A stretch of DNA of 64,000 bases from Priapulus caudatus. Lineage: Eukaryota. The stretch spans positions 306,235 through 370,234 of the forward strand of contig NW_014577075.1 of the NCBI RefSeq assembly GCF_000485595.1, in the 5' to 3' direction. The notes under the pieces are model-generated. The model saw only the letters and a program-made list of their open reading frames with translations. It did not search any database and had not been told where the DNA came from. Below, in pieces: positions 13,450 to 26,490 of this stretch (position 1 is the stretch's first letter; each line of letters begins with the position of its first letter). The translations under genes and the position numbers were made by a program.

Positions 13450-13830
13450 AGATTGATGTGGCCACATGTCCGCGTGACGACTGAGTGCGTAATCTTCTGA
13501 CCGAAACGACCCTCTGGTCTTCAACAAGCACCTTATTGAGTGAGACGATTGCGGCATCGGCAGTGTTGTTCTTGTGGTCGCGGTCCCCAGCAAGTATATA
13601 TACGTGCGGGACACCGAGTTCTTTCTGAGCGATCAGCTCGATAATATCAATAACAAGCGCCATTCTGTTTCGCGCCGTGTTTTTTCACACATCATAATGT
13701 TTCTGCCATTTGTTACGCTCGTTTTTGGTCGAGACACGTTGTTACGGCCACAATGCCCGGTCAGTTCTCCGGCATGGGAAAGGTGCTGCAATTTGCTACG
13801 TTTATGATGAGTAGACCTATATTGTCGTTG
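13450..13830 (-). pseudogene. Decayed Gypsy/Ginger-type integrase fragment (HHCC zinc-binding region and start of the core)
   Basis: Minus strand gives SHAGELTGHCGRNN (H-x-GHxG motif). A shifted frame then gives ERNKWQKHYDV (cf. RYYWxxMYxDV), followed by MALVIDII...HVYIL (cf. integrase-core xxIDL...KYIL). Contains frameshifts and stops. Recognised by eye only. Confidence 0.5.
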
Positions 13831-15526
13831 CGAAACTGGTTGTTTAAACTGCGAGATCAAGATCACGCGCTGCGCAGAATGCACGCAGTCATCAGTTCTG
13901 TCTGCGCCGTGACACGATTCCAACGTGTTGTTTGTTGACCCAGGTTTGTGTGATATGAGTATAGCAAGACAACTGTACCTGTGCACAGGAGCTTCTCCGC
14001 TCACACGTACCTGCCCGCACGAGAGTTTTGATTTGTCTGTTACAAGTGCCCGTTTATCTTGCTTATCAAACATGGCAGTTCCTGCATCTGTGCTTTGTAA
14101 CATGTACACAGGTATTTTCTCAGAAGTCCTCACTGCTCCTAGTCCACCCGCTCCCGCCGTACATTGCCCGTGAATCTACAATCAATGTTGCTCGTCTGTA
14201 TTTTTGTGTGTGTACGATGTCATGTGATATTACGAGGCATGTAGTGCGAACAAGAGTGCTCGTTTGCCGTCATTGGCTGATTATGAATTTTTAATGTGTC
14301 TGCGGTTAAAATGTTAGCTTTTCTTCAAAACCAGTGGCAGCTTTTACGTAATGCGTCAGCTAGCGTTAAGAGCTATTTGTTAGTTCTGAACACGTTCGGT
14401 ATATATAGCGTATCTTAACTGAGTGACCCCGGTCAATCAGTGTCACGGTTAATACATAGTTATCATTATGTAAGCGCGTATGATATTGCGTTCGTTCTGA
14501 AATTCTAAAATATGATGTGAATGGATTGCGAGCCGCATTCTCTTGGCGTGTGTAAAGCTATTCTGATTTCAACAATTGCCACAGGTTGCACACAATAAAG
14601 GACTATGCGCAGATTTTCACCAGCTAAGCCCGATGCAAACATTTGCACGCGGGTAATCACCACACGGCTTTCGCGAGTGAGGGAGTTAACGTATTTACCG
14701 ATGTGTGACGGCCTGATTTTATTAAAATTAAATCGAGCTCACCGGAATTGCTCTGCTATATATATACGGGAAAGTATAGTTCGCCGTTAGGTGCGCGCGA
14801 CAACGCAAGCGTTTATATGTACGAGGGAGCGCATGCGCAATCGTTGTAATATCAGGGTAATTCAGACATCAAAGCTCGACTCGTTCTATATAGCTTGTAA
14901 CTTTTATACCTGTTTATATCGTTCAAGGAATCGCTCGCGGGCGCGATTACCTCTAGATACGATACTATACTGCCTGTATATTTTCTAGAGAAGGTTTTTT
15001 TTTCGGCTCGCGTTCCGACATAATATTTCCTCTGCCCGAGGCAGCGGTCCTTGCGCGGACTGTGTAATAGTTCAAGCATTCCTCCGCACTCAGACATCGC
15101 CGTAGCGAGAGATACGCAGCGGAACCTATAGACGAACACGAAGCAGATACGTTCGGGGCGTGCATCAGGGGCGGGTCGGTCAGGGGGGTCCGTCTAGGTC
15201 GTCGGGGGGGATGTCTCGGCTAGCTAGATGAAGCGTAGCCTTTGGTGCGCAGCGGTTCGCTTCGCAGCCGACGGCGCAGCACGGTGGGCAAACAAGATAG
15301 GTGTACGGCGGGTAAACACGAGGCGGCGAGATCGTGTCATCGGATCGCAGGCAGCCCGTGTTGATCCGTGTGTACCTCACCTGCCGCTACCCCGAGGCCG
15401 GCAGAGTCGCGCTGCTCGCACCTGGCCGTGCGGCGGTGAGCACGCGCTCGGCAGGTGAGCGCTTGCGTAGAGCAGCCGCGAGAGCAGTGCGCGCAGGAAA
15501 TTGACACCAGCCAGTCGCCACCGGTG

Positions 15527-15527
<1 letters not shown>

Positions 15528-15589
<62 letters not shown>

Positions 15590-16375
15590 GAAAGCGAGGA
15601 GAGGAGAGCGAGCGAGCACGAGGCGAAGCAGAGAGAGGTAGAGAGAGAGAGAATCGGAGAGAGAGAGGGAGAGAGAAGAGAGGAGAGAGAGAGAGAGAGA
15701 GGTGGAGGAGAGGAAGTAGGAGAGAGAAGAGGAGAGAGAAGCAGACAGAGACAGGAGACAGAGGACAGAGACAGAGAACAGAGACAGAGACAGAGACAGA
15801 GACAGAGAAAGAAGGACAGAGACAGAGACAGAGGACAGAGACAGAGGGACAGAGGACGAGACAGAGCAGAGGACAGAGACAGAGACAGAGCACGAAGACG
15901 AGAACAGAGACAGAGACAGAGACAGAGACAGGACAGAGACAGAGACAGAGAAGGAGCAGGAGACGAGACGAGACAGAAGACAGAGAACAGAGACAGAGAC
16001 AGAGACAGAGACAGAGACAGGAACAGAGACAGGACAGAGACAGAGACAGGACAGGAGAGACAGAGACAGAGGACAGAGACAGAGACAAGAGACAGAGACA
16101 GAACAGGACGGGGACGAGACAGAGACAGAGACAGGACAGGACAGAAGACGCAGAGACAGAGAACAGAGACAGCAGACAGAGGCAGAGACAGAGACAGACG
16201 ACAAGAGACAGGACAAGACAGAAGACAGAGACAGAGACAGAGACAGAGACAGAGACAGAGACAGAGACAGAGACAGAGACAGAGACAGAGAGCAGAGACA
16301 GAGACATGAGACAGAGACTAGAGACAGAGACAGAGACAGAGACAGATGACAGAGACAGAGAGAGAGAGAGAGATA
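15528..16375. repeat. (GA)n and (GACAGA)n microsatellite tract
   Basis: Direct reading. Confidence 0.95.
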
Positions 16376-17348
16376 GCGACGAGGAGGAGAGATACGAATG
16401 TCGCTAAACAGACGTGGAGCGCAACCATATATCTGCATGCATGCGCTCCATCGTTGCTGATTACCCAACGGATAGGTAATTACTTGTTGACAACAATCAG
16501 CCATATAGTACTAGAAAGCGCCTGAGATAATAAGGAGCATCGTTATGCCATGGGGTCGCGACGCTATGGTAAAAAGGCTGAACAAAGATTTATACCAGCC
16601 TCGTAAAAACCAGTTTCGTAAAATAACAAGTTGCGAGATTTCTTATTTATGTAGACGAAATTCTGATCCACGCCCTAAAACAGCCATTGGTATTAAGCGC
16701 AACCATAGCATCATCGTATCCTAGTATCATAGGCAGAATCATATTCATAGTCGTAATCTCATAGTTATAATAATCACCGTAATCGCGATCATATATAATC
16801 ATGAGCCGACATAATGCGAAGTGCGATTTATTGCGTTATTTTGGGTTTCGTATTTGGCGTCGGGTGTAATAATGTATTTATTGCAACGGCGCCTCATATT
16901 ACTTAGCGGAATATTCGTGTTATTGGCTGGCATTGTATAATTTTATGAGACTATGGCAATGATCAGCTAGCGACATATTGTAAGCAGAGGACTTGCCCAG
17001 TATATATATATATGTATATATTATATATATATATATCAACAAGTTGTACGTTGTTTGCTACCGATGTGGATACGGTGAGCAACAACAATTTAGTGTGTAA
17101 CTAATGGATGGAATCCCCCAATAGTTCACCGCTTACATTACCGTTAGTTACTTTAGTTACCTTAGGTTACCTTAGTTACTGATTAGCCCAGCGGTGTGTC
17201 TAACATTTGCGAGGCCATTATAGCACACACACAGTCACGTGAGATGTCTCCGTATTTCCCTCCTTTTCTTCTCTCTTTATTTTCTCTCCTCTCTGTATCA
17301 TGCGTACGTGTGTTTGTTATCCAGCGGTCGTGATAATCATTAATATAA

Positions 17349-17579
17349 GGCCAAAACAAAATATAGGTGTGGTTACGGTTTTCCGACGGACCCTATTTGT
17401 TCCCAGCGACCCTATCCATTTTATTGTCAATTTTCTTTAAAGTTAAAAAAAAAAAAAAACATCCTTCGGACATGGTTCGTAAATAAAATATTTCAAGAAA
17501 ATAAAATGTTTTCCCTATACCTACCTACCCTATTTGTTTCGGCATGTAACGGTAACCACACATATATTTTGTTTTGGCC
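17349..17579. mobile_element. PIF/Harbinger-type MITE
   Basis: TIR GGCCAAAACAAAATATAGGTGTGGTTAC / GTAACCACACATATATTTTGTTTTGGCC, flanked by TAA on both sides (17346-17348, 17580-17582). Confidence 0.8.
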
Positions 17580-17874
17580 TAATCATTAATATTTGAGGAT
17601 TTATGCGCAATGCTACGTTTAGTTTGCGACACCGCTATTATTCTCGATATCAGCTGACCTTTCCTAGCCGAGCTGTTTACTCGCTAATTTGTTTCCCGTG
17701 TTAGCAATGAATTAAGGATACAATAACAGGTCAAGTAAATCCTGACTAAGATTCCACGAATGTCATATATGATCAACAACTTGTGCTTGTTATCTGCACG
17801 CAACCACGGACTCCGCATGTAGTTGTGAATCAACGAATCGTCATGATGCCGCAGGCTAGGGGACTTGCCGCCAT

Positions 17875-17912
<38 letters not shown>

Positions 17913-17996
17913 GGGCAGGCGGCATACATCCTTGTCGAATCTCTCGCTGTGAGTGTAGGAAGGAAACACGGGTCGATCATCACAGAGCGGTTCACC

Positions 17997-18442
17997 CACA
18001 GGCACTTGAAGCGTTTCAATAAAATATAATGCTAACTAAATACGAAATCGATTTACTACCAAATTCTTAATGTTTCTATACTCTCTTTCACCGTCCAAAT
18101 CCTACGTCCAACCATACGCTGCCGGCGCCATTGCTTTCGCGGCGCGACTGTTGCACGCTTTACACTAATATATATAGACTAGCAGTAACTAATTATAGTA
18201 GTAACTAGTATATATATACTAGTAGTTAACTATATAGTATTAACTAATTATAGTAGTTACTACTATATATATTAGTTTAAGCGTGCAACAGTCGCGCCGC
18301 GAAAGCAATGGCGCCGGCAGCGTATGGTTGGACGTAGGATTTGGACGGTGAAAGAGAGTATAGAAACATTAAAAATTTGGTAGTAAATCGATTTCGTATT
18401 TAGTTAGCATTATATTTTATTGAAACGCTTCAAGTGCCTGTG
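17997..18442. mobile_element. Near-perfect palindromic MITE with CACAGGCACTTG termini, P-superfamily-like
   Basis: Arms of ~165 bp are near-perfect reverse complements (CACAGGCACTTGAAGCGTTTC... / ...GAAACGCTTCAAGTGCCTGTG) around an AT-rich centre. 8-bp flanks GGTTCACC / GGCGCACC match at 6 of 8 positions. Confidence 0.85.
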
Positions 18443-18719
18443 GGCGCACCCCGCTTTCACCTATGCTAATAGCTTTCAGAATTGAAACAACTACGTAAAT
18501 AGACGCATTCCGTAGATAGACGCACTCCGTAGATAGATGTATTCCTTGAACGACGCAACCAGCTGTAGGCAGCAGGCTGCGGCCCGTTCCGGCCACCTTT
18601 GTGATAATTAATTGATCCCAGCAGAGGGCGGTCCTAATGAGTTGACTGAGATGGTCGTCGTTACCAGGGAGGAGGTGGGAGGGGAGATTGGACGGACCTG
18701 TGTCCACAACAGTATGGCG

Positions 18720-18916
18720 TTGTTACCTCCGCCCAACGGAGTTGGAGGAGGTTATGTGATCGCTCTTGTGCGTTCGTGCGTTAGTGTGTTCGCGCGATCG
18801 ATATTAGCGCGTCGAGTCAGCGAGCCAGCCAGCCAGCGCAGCGAGCCAGCTCGTAACACATGCATGTTACATGCTGGCGGAGGTATGCACTCTCCGTGAG
18901 TGCCCTCTGTCTAGTT
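18720..18916 (+). mobile_element. Non-autonomous Helentron-associated (DINE-1/HINE-like) element
   Basis: SubTIR TACCTCCGCC (18724-18733) pairs with GGCGGAGGTA (18876-18885). 3' stem-loop GCACTC-tccgt-GAGTGC. Terminal CTAGTT. Internal microsatellite-like tract. Confidence 0.75.
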
Positions 18917-18993
18917 GTGTATGCGAAGTGACAAGCACGGCGTTCACGTCAACATCATGGGGAGTCTCGTTGCTTCAGGGAGTCGTCGTGTCC

Positions 18994-19544
18994 CAGCATC
19001 CCTGCTGCGGGGAATCGGAGCACAGCATCCCTGCTGCGGGGATTCGGAGCACAGCATCCCTGCTGCGGGGAATCGGAGCACAGCATCCCTGCTGCGGGGA
19101 TTCGGAGCACAGCATCCCTGCTGCGGGGAATCGGAGCACAGCATCCCTGCTGCGGGGAATAGGAGCACAGCATCCCTGCTTGCTGCGGGGATTCGGAGCA
19201 CAGCATCCCTGCTGCGGGGAATAGGAGCACAGCATCCCTGCTTGCTGCGGGGAATAGGAGCACAGCATCCCCGCTGCGGGGAATCGGAGCACAGCATCCC
19301 TGCTTGCTGCGGGTAATAGGAGCACAGCATCTCTGCTGCGGGGAATAGGAGCACAGCATGCCTGCTTGCTGCGGGGAATCGGAGCACAGCATCCCTGCTG
19401 CGAAGAATAGGAGCACAGCATGCTTGCTTGCTGCGGGGAATCGGAGCACAGTATCCCTGCTTGCTGCGGGGATTCGGAGCACAGCTTGCTTGCTTGCTGC
19501 GGGGAATAGGAGCACAGCATCCCTGCTGCGGGGAATCGGAGCAC
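18994..19544. repeat. 29/33-bp GC-rich minisatellite (CAGCATCCCTGC[TTGC]TGCGGGGAATCGGAGCA), about 18 copies
   Basis: Head-to-tail units with no unique spacers. Confidence 0.95.
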
Positions 19545-21103
19545 GGAATCTCTGGAGCCCCACATTTGTAGCGATACCTTTTAAAGATACACAGCGTAGA
19601 CTGGCCCGCGGCTGTTTGTCGCTCGCCTTAATGCCCAGCGGCGCTTTCCCGAGGTAGCTGTGTATGTAGCAAGTCTTTATTGACCCCAGATGCCTGAACA
19701 CAGAATTCCGGTGCATAAAAATGGTAATAAAACCCTTGATGAAGAGGCAGCCGTGGTGATTACAGACAGAATGTGCCCGCTCATATGTGCTGCCGCTGCA
19801 CCTGCAAATAAATAAAAGGGCCTGTGGGGAATTTGTGGGCTTTTCAGAAGAAACCGTCTATACCGTTCGCCATTTCTGCGGGGATATCAATATTGCCGTT
19901 AAAGTTCAATTAAGGCGTCGGCAGCTTTCTTCATACTATTATAGTGACGTGCATTTAAACCCCAATTCTTCGTGAAACGGATGCGGATATCGAAATCCTT
20001 CTTCGCGTAACCCATTACATTCGGGGGAGGAGAGGAATAAAATTACCAGGGAACTGAAGCTGCAAAGTGTGAATATAAGTCTTGCGGAACGTGTTCAGGC
20101 CTAGATTCTGGACACCAAGAGTCCGTAATAGACATTTTCTAAATTTTCTAAAATTTCTACTATCAACTCAGATTGATTCCACTCTACTCGCCGTGGCCGG
20201 ACCATAGTTAGTCTGAAGGTACATACTGTAAGTTACTAGACGGAAATTAGTTCAAGCCTAGCTTGACATTTTAGCGTTATGTTGCCTCGTGACGTGCAGC
20301 TCGCAGCTTGTCAGCTTCGGCGCTCGCGCATTATTTTAATAACAAACATTAGGCGCCCAGGACAGGGGAGCTGCGCTGCTTTTCGCGCCTGGAAAGCTGG
20401 GATTGTCCGCGGATTCACAATTTGCCGGACCATGGTTAATTCAGTAAGCACTATAAGTGCGCGGACTGAAACTCGCTCTGAAACTCGGACTTAAACTCGC
20501 ACTGAACTCGTGCGCAGGCATCGCTCGTCAGTTTTGCTCTTCGAGCGTATTGGCGATCGTGATGGTGGGTTTTTCTTTTTTTACCTATAGTCACTGAATT
20601 AAACTAGTTTGCCTGTCAGTTCAATCGATATTTAGCTAGCAGATTCGTATTCACCCGCGTATTCGATTGTGCGTATTATACAGTGTTATCGCTTTAGATT
20701 TTTCGAGTAGCTGAAATTGACCCATGTTGTCATAACGCAAGACTCTGCTGACGTTGGCGCGCTCTCAGCGTTGGTGGCTATAGTGTACCGTGGGTCCGTG
20801 CGTGTTGTCATCGAACGCAAGGTTGGACCTAGATTCCCTATCACCTTCCTATGGGCTGACCATAGTTAGAAGGTATATTATAATCGTATACACTGAAATG
20901 CTTTTACACACAACCTGAGACGGGACACTCCCAGTTAAAAAAACACATTTTTACGATGCTCTCCGTCGTAGAACGGGGCTTGTATCACGGACGACGATCT
21001 CACCTTGCCTTGTTCCTATAGTGGTTTTGCTAGTCTGACTCTGCAAGTCGTTGAGAATCAAGTTGACCATGACCAGTGATCTGGAATCTGTCCAGTGGTC
21101 TCT

Positions 21104-21163
<60 letters not shown>

Positions 21164-21350
21164 ATTATATGTATATTAAAAGTAGATAAACACAAATTTT
21201 CTCGAATTACATATCTACTCCTGTTTGTGTGTAGCTGGTAAATCGTGGCGTCTCAATGTCCTGTCAAATTCTGTACGATAGTGAGCCAGGGGAGAAGCGC
21301 AAATTTATTTTTTTTCTTCAAAAAGTTCAATTAGGAAAACAGTAGCGGCC

Positions 21351-21361
21351 TGCTGCTGCTG

Positions 21362-21401
<40 letters not shown>

Positions 21402-21404
21402 TGC

Positions 21405-21455
<51 letters not shown>
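21351..21455. repeat. (CTG)n trinucleotide repeat
   Basis: Direct reading. Confidence 0.95.
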
Positions 21456-21458
<3 letters not shown>

Positions 21459-21760
21459 GGAGGTAGCATTATTACGATCTTTATTGCTCCCAGTTGCAGT
21501 GTAGCAGTTTTATTTGCGCTGGGCCCTGGTGCACATGTGATTGTTAATGAAGACTGGCGCAGGGGGAGACATGTTGTATCGCACTAATTTACAAAGTAGC
21601 CGTCTGCCGCGTGCGTTTGCTTTATGGCCGACCGACCACATGCGCGTATGTAATATGTGTGATGTAGAGGTTCGAATCCGTATAATATTAACACGTTCGT
21701 ATATCAACTTGTTCAGCTGCGTGATCCCTTATATGTAACTAGTAACACTAACACGTATAA

Positions 21761-22060
21761 CGCGCGCGTGCGTGCGTGCGTGCGTGCGTGTGCGTGTGCG
21801 TGCGTGCGTGTGTGTGTGCGTGTGCGGGTGCGCGCGTGTGTGCGTGCATGCGAGTGCGTGCGCGTTTGTATGTGTTTGTGTGTGTGTGTGTGTGCGCGCG
21901 TGCGTGTGTGCGTGTGTGTGTGTGCGCGCGTGCGTGTGTGCGTGTGTGTGTGCGCGCGTGCGTGTGTCTGAGTGCGTGTGTGTGCGTATGTGCGCGTGCG
22001 TGTGTGTGCTTGTGTGTGTGCGCGCGTGCGTGCGTATGTGTGTGCGCGTGTTTATGTGTG
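21761..22060. repeat. (GT)n/(GCGT)n compound microsatellite
   Basis: Direct reading. Confidence 0.95.
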
Positions 22061-22877
22061 TTAATCAAGGGACATCTCGTTTCGTGTCGGAAAGCGGTAT
22101 CATAGCTACGTGTCAGTACATTAATCCTCATCATGCGGCTGTATATATGGTTGCCTAGATAACGGCTAGTCTTTCTTAGTCATCGCGGTTGGCTGTGTAC
22201 TAGCTCTTTAATTTGGCGTCCGAATTTACAGTCAAGGTTGTATAATACCCGACTGTAATCATAAAATAAACTTAATAATACAGCTATGTAAATAGTAAAA
22301 CAGTTGAAACCGAGATTGTACGCGGCCACAATATATACGCACGCTGCACGGAAATGCATTTTCGGTGTGCCATGATTGTCTCGCGACGTTCTTCAAAACA
22401 ATTAGTATATAGGCTTGTGTTTGTTTTGAGTAAAAACACGGTGAAAAACACGCATGTTGTGGTGTTTTGCAACGTTTTTCTGCCGTCGGTTGATGTAGTA
22501 GAAGCAGTGGCAGCGACACCGTTTCGTTGCCAATTGACTGTCATGCTGACTCTGCGCATCTCAGCGGCGATTATAGATATTTGGGCAGAGCATTCGAGGC
22601 TGGCATATGATTCGGTGTGGATTGCCTTGATCGAGGGGCCGCGCTAGACGCGTGCGCGTTTGCCAATCTCTGCCCGATTTATTTATAATATCTGCTGAGA
22701 GCGCAACGCCTCGTGGCTTTCACCCCCCCCTCTTCTCCCAAGGTCTTCGGTAGCGTGCAGCCCGGGATAGGAGCCATCGGGGAAGAGTATGCATGTCTTC
22801 CCTGACTGGATGCTGGCTAGGGGCACATCACAGTGAGAACGTTGGTCATTGTGCGTGCGCGCGTGTGCGTGCGTACG

Positions 22878-22917
<40 letters not shown>

Positions 22918-23399
22918 TACGTGCGTGCCTGTGTGTGTGAGCGTGCGTGTGTGCATGTGTAAGGGGAAATCGTCTTACGCCGGGCAACAAGTGCATTGCA
23001 CATGTGCGGGAAGGGGGATGGATCTGGTTTCACTGGGGTGTTATTTTTTCGTGCATGGGAGCCAGCCTGCAAAGCCCCCTAGCTCATTAGCGACTAGGGA
23101 GCCGCGAGAGAAAGCTGGAGCCGTATAGTGTGGCATCTCAACTCGCGCTTACTCGCTTGAGTGGCCCAGCTCTTGCGCTCACTCTGTATCTAACTCCCTG
23201 CGTTTACCGAAGTGATTTCATATACGTTAGAGTTCGTCAGCACTCCCGCTAGTTCTCAGGTGTTCAGCTCCTATATTCACCGCGTTGATGGTGATTGTTG
23301 TGCGCTAGGGGGAAACTGCGTGAAAATTGAACGGATGAAATCTGATATATACCGTCTTGTAGTTTTGCCGTGTGAAATTTCCAAGTTCAAGTTGCGATA

Positions 23400-23716
23400 G
23401 TGGTGGTGGTGCGAGTGGGTTTTGTGTCTGGACTACGAAGCGGAGAGAGCGACAGAGAGAGAGAGGAGAATTCGGGTGTTCTGCCGCTGGGTGAGCTCTA
23501 GTCGCCGTGACGCGTGACACGGCGCTGTGACGCGCGGGCAACCAGTGTCGCTCACGAACACAGCAGCAGCAGCACAACGCGTCTGCACTTCGACCGCTCG
23601 AATTCGTCACTCCGTGAAATTTCTCCGACGGACAGAGAAATCGTGCCTATCTTCGTTTAGCAACGCCGACGGGTGCAGCCGAGTGCCAAAAAAAGTCGCG
23701 CGCCATTGTCGCTTAG
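23400..23716 (+). promoter_or_regulatory. Candidate CpG-rich promoter / non-coding first exon of the downstream secreted-protein gene
   Basis: CpG-rich unique sequence ending in a consensus donor AG|GTAAGC at 23716/23717. The ATG-bearing exon at 27656 has its own acceptor, so an upstream exon is needed. The 5' boundary is arbitrary. Confidence 0.3.
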
Positions 23717-24683
23717 GTAAGCCGGCAGCGATCCACTCGGTCGGTGGAAGGGGAAACACGAGCAGGTGATTAGCGAGCGAGTTTGCGAGTGAAAGCTTCG
23801 ACGGTTGAATCTGAGCGCAGAATCCGGTGAGCAGCGGAAGGAAGACGCGCAGGAAGGCGGTAAATGCGCTTCTCGCTAATCGCCGACGTCTCGAGCGAGG
23901 CAACTGATTGTTAGCGACTTCGCGCTAATCACCGCGAGTGCATATTGTCGGCGACGCGAACGCCCGGGTGGGGCGCGGGCGGCGGGAAGGACACTGTCTC
24001 TCTCAACGGTTCTCTCGCTCTGTCTGTTTCTTGCATCTGTCGCTGTCGCTTTCTCTCTCCCCTTCTCCCCCTCCCTCTATCTATCTATCTATCTCTGTCC
24101 CTCTCTCTCTCTCTCTCTGTCTCTGTCTTTCTCAATTCTTCTGATTCAATCGCTCGCTCTTTCTGTCGGGCTTTCTCTGTCTCGCACTCTCTGTCTCTCT
24201 CTTTCTCTCGCTATCGGTCTTTCCTTTTCTCTGCGCCTTCTCTCTCCCGCCTCTCTCTTTCTCTTGCTTTCTCCTTTCACGCTCATATTGTCAGTGTTCG
24301 GCTTCCAGCGGCACGTTACCATAGGATGGATGGGCCTATATAAACGCCTACGCGCGTGTGTGTATGTGAAGTAGCGATATATACTATATATTATAATTCT
24401 ACTAGTTATATATATATATATAATATATATATATGCTTCAATCCCAGTCTCCACCGACACATTTTCGTTGAATCGCCAGTCTCTATATGTGATAATCCCG
24501 CGCTTAGGCGACGGAGCGCACCGATCAGCCTCCAGCAGACGCTCTGTGGATTTATTCTGAAGCTCTGCTCCTGGACCTATCCTCGCATTCCTGTTTCCCC
24601 GCGCGCGTGTGTGGATTATCTCACTGGTACTCATTCTAGCGGGTCCAGTGATCTGTCGCGAGTCGCTTAAACTGACGGTCCCA

Positions 24684-24905
24684 GTAAGTCGTTGAGAACT
24701 GTCGGCGTAAGTTGTCGAGAACTGACTCCGTAAGTTGTCGAGAACTGACTCCGTAAGTCGTTGAGAATCGTGCAGGCGTAAAGCTATGTCGAGAACGGAG
24801 CCTCTCGTAACGTTGTCGATGACTGGACTCCGTTAAGTCCGTTGCAGAACTGGTCGCTCCGTAAGTATGTCGCAGAACTGACTTACCGTAAGTTTGGAGA
24901 CTGAC
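24684..24905. repeat. Degenerate ~22-23-bp tandem repeat (CCGTAAGTTGTCGAGAACTGACT)
   Basis: About 9 indel-ridden copies. Confidence 0.8.
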
Positions 24906-25466
24906 TAGGTAACGCATTTGTCGGGATAGCTGACATCCCGTATAGTTGAGAATCGATCCTTAAGTACGTGCTCGGCTAGTAGTAGTACACTTCCCCCCCC
25001 CACACACACTCCATGATTCGTTGGGGATCATCGATTCATCGGTGACAATTAGAAGTCCTCGGTGGTCGGCGGGCTGGGACTTCTTATTGCCGGAGTCGCG
25101 CGGACTTCTGCGATCGGTCTACGGTTGCGTGCGCGGCTGGTTTTCTATGAGCACGATTTGTTTACGCAAGATTAGTCTCGGGGCGGCCCACCCCTCACGC
25201 GCGGCCCTCCTCGCGCCGTGTTTTTCTAAAACAAACTCGACACCCGAAAACGCCGGCGAGCGCTAATTGGCGAAAGAGCGATGTACCCGAGAATGCGTGA
25301 AGTGTTGACCACTTGTAAGGCAAGCCCTCGCGCTTCGAACTGGTTTCTTTCTCCCGTTTGCCAGCGCGATTCATTGCTGCGGCGGCAGCAGAGCGTGGAC
25401 GATTTGAGAGAGAAGGAGGGGTTAGGAAGACGTGAGGCACATGCACTTCCGCGCGGCGCAGCAATG

Positions 25467-25583
25467 GAGAGAGAGAGACAGAGAGAGGAGAGAGAGAGAC
25501 AAGAGAGAGAGAGGAGAATATCTATATACTACTAAGACTGAGAGAGAGAGAGAGAGTAGAGAAGAGAGAGAGAGAGAGGGAGG

Positions 25584-25619
<36 letters not shown>

Positions 25620-26009
25620 TAGGAAGAGAGAGGCAGCAAACAGCGCGGCGGCAGAGAAGAGTATGGGGGGAGAGAGAAGTCGAGGAGGAGGGAGGAAAGA
25701 TATTAGGAGGCGACACGATGGAGAGTCGCGCAGTGTGTGTCGCGGTCAGTATGGGACGGAAGGTGTATACGTGGTGGGAGAGGAAAGAAAGGTTATGACT
25801 GGTGAATACTTGAAAGAGGCTATTTGATAGGGGGAAAGGGGACACAGAGAGTGCGCGTGCCCGAGAAAGAGAGAGAAGAAGTAGAGAGAGAGAAGAAGAG
25901 AAGAGAGATGAGAGAGAGAGAGAGAAGAAGAAGAGAGAGAGAGAGAGAGTGCTCGGGAGAGAGAGAAAGAGAGAGCGTAAGAGGGAGAGAGAGAGAGAGA
26001 GAGAGACGA

Positions 26010-26054
<45 letters not shown>

Positions 26055-26102
26055 AGAGAGAACAGCTGAGGAGGAGAGAGAGAGAGGAAGAGAGAAGAGA
26101 GC

Positions 26103-26141
<39 letters not shown>

Positions 26142-26413
26142 AGAGCGACGAGAGAGCGAGATTAGAGAGAGACCGAAGGAGAGAGACTGACGCGACATGA
26201 GGCGACAGAGCGACAAGAGCGACAGATAGAGAAGAATGAGAGAGGGGAAGGAGGGACGAGAGAGAGAGAGAGGAGAGAGAGAGAGCGAGAGAGAGAGAGA
26301 GAGAAGGAAGAGAGAGAGCAGAGAGAGCAGTAGAGAGGAGGAGAGAGGAGAGAAGAAAGAGAGAGCAGAGAGCGAGAGTGGTACCGGCGCGGTGCGGAGG
26401 GCANNNNNNNNNN

Positions 26414-26484
<71 letters not shown>

Positions 26485-26490
26485 CGAGAG
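25467..26490. repeat. Degenerate (GA)n tracts with a 10-N gap
   Basis: Direct reading. Confidence 0.9.

Noticed and set aside
15304..15335. VYGVNTG-like motif suggesting histidine ammonia-lyase
   Set aside because: Requires invented indels, is not followed by FG, and no other HAL motifs are nearby.
15377..16504. Long ORFs (284-432 aa) here and at 25522-26553, 58610-59945, 51721-52659 and across the N gaps
   Set aside because: They are translations of (GA)n/(CT)n, minisatellites or Ns (poly-RE, poly-SL, X) and carry no domain signal.
18994..19544. CRISPR-like appearance (29-33 bp periodic repeats); likewise 37870-38090, 44738-44875 and 51858-52497
   Set aside because: Units are head-to-tail with no unique spacers, there are no cas genes, and the context is eukaryotic. 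These are minisatellites.
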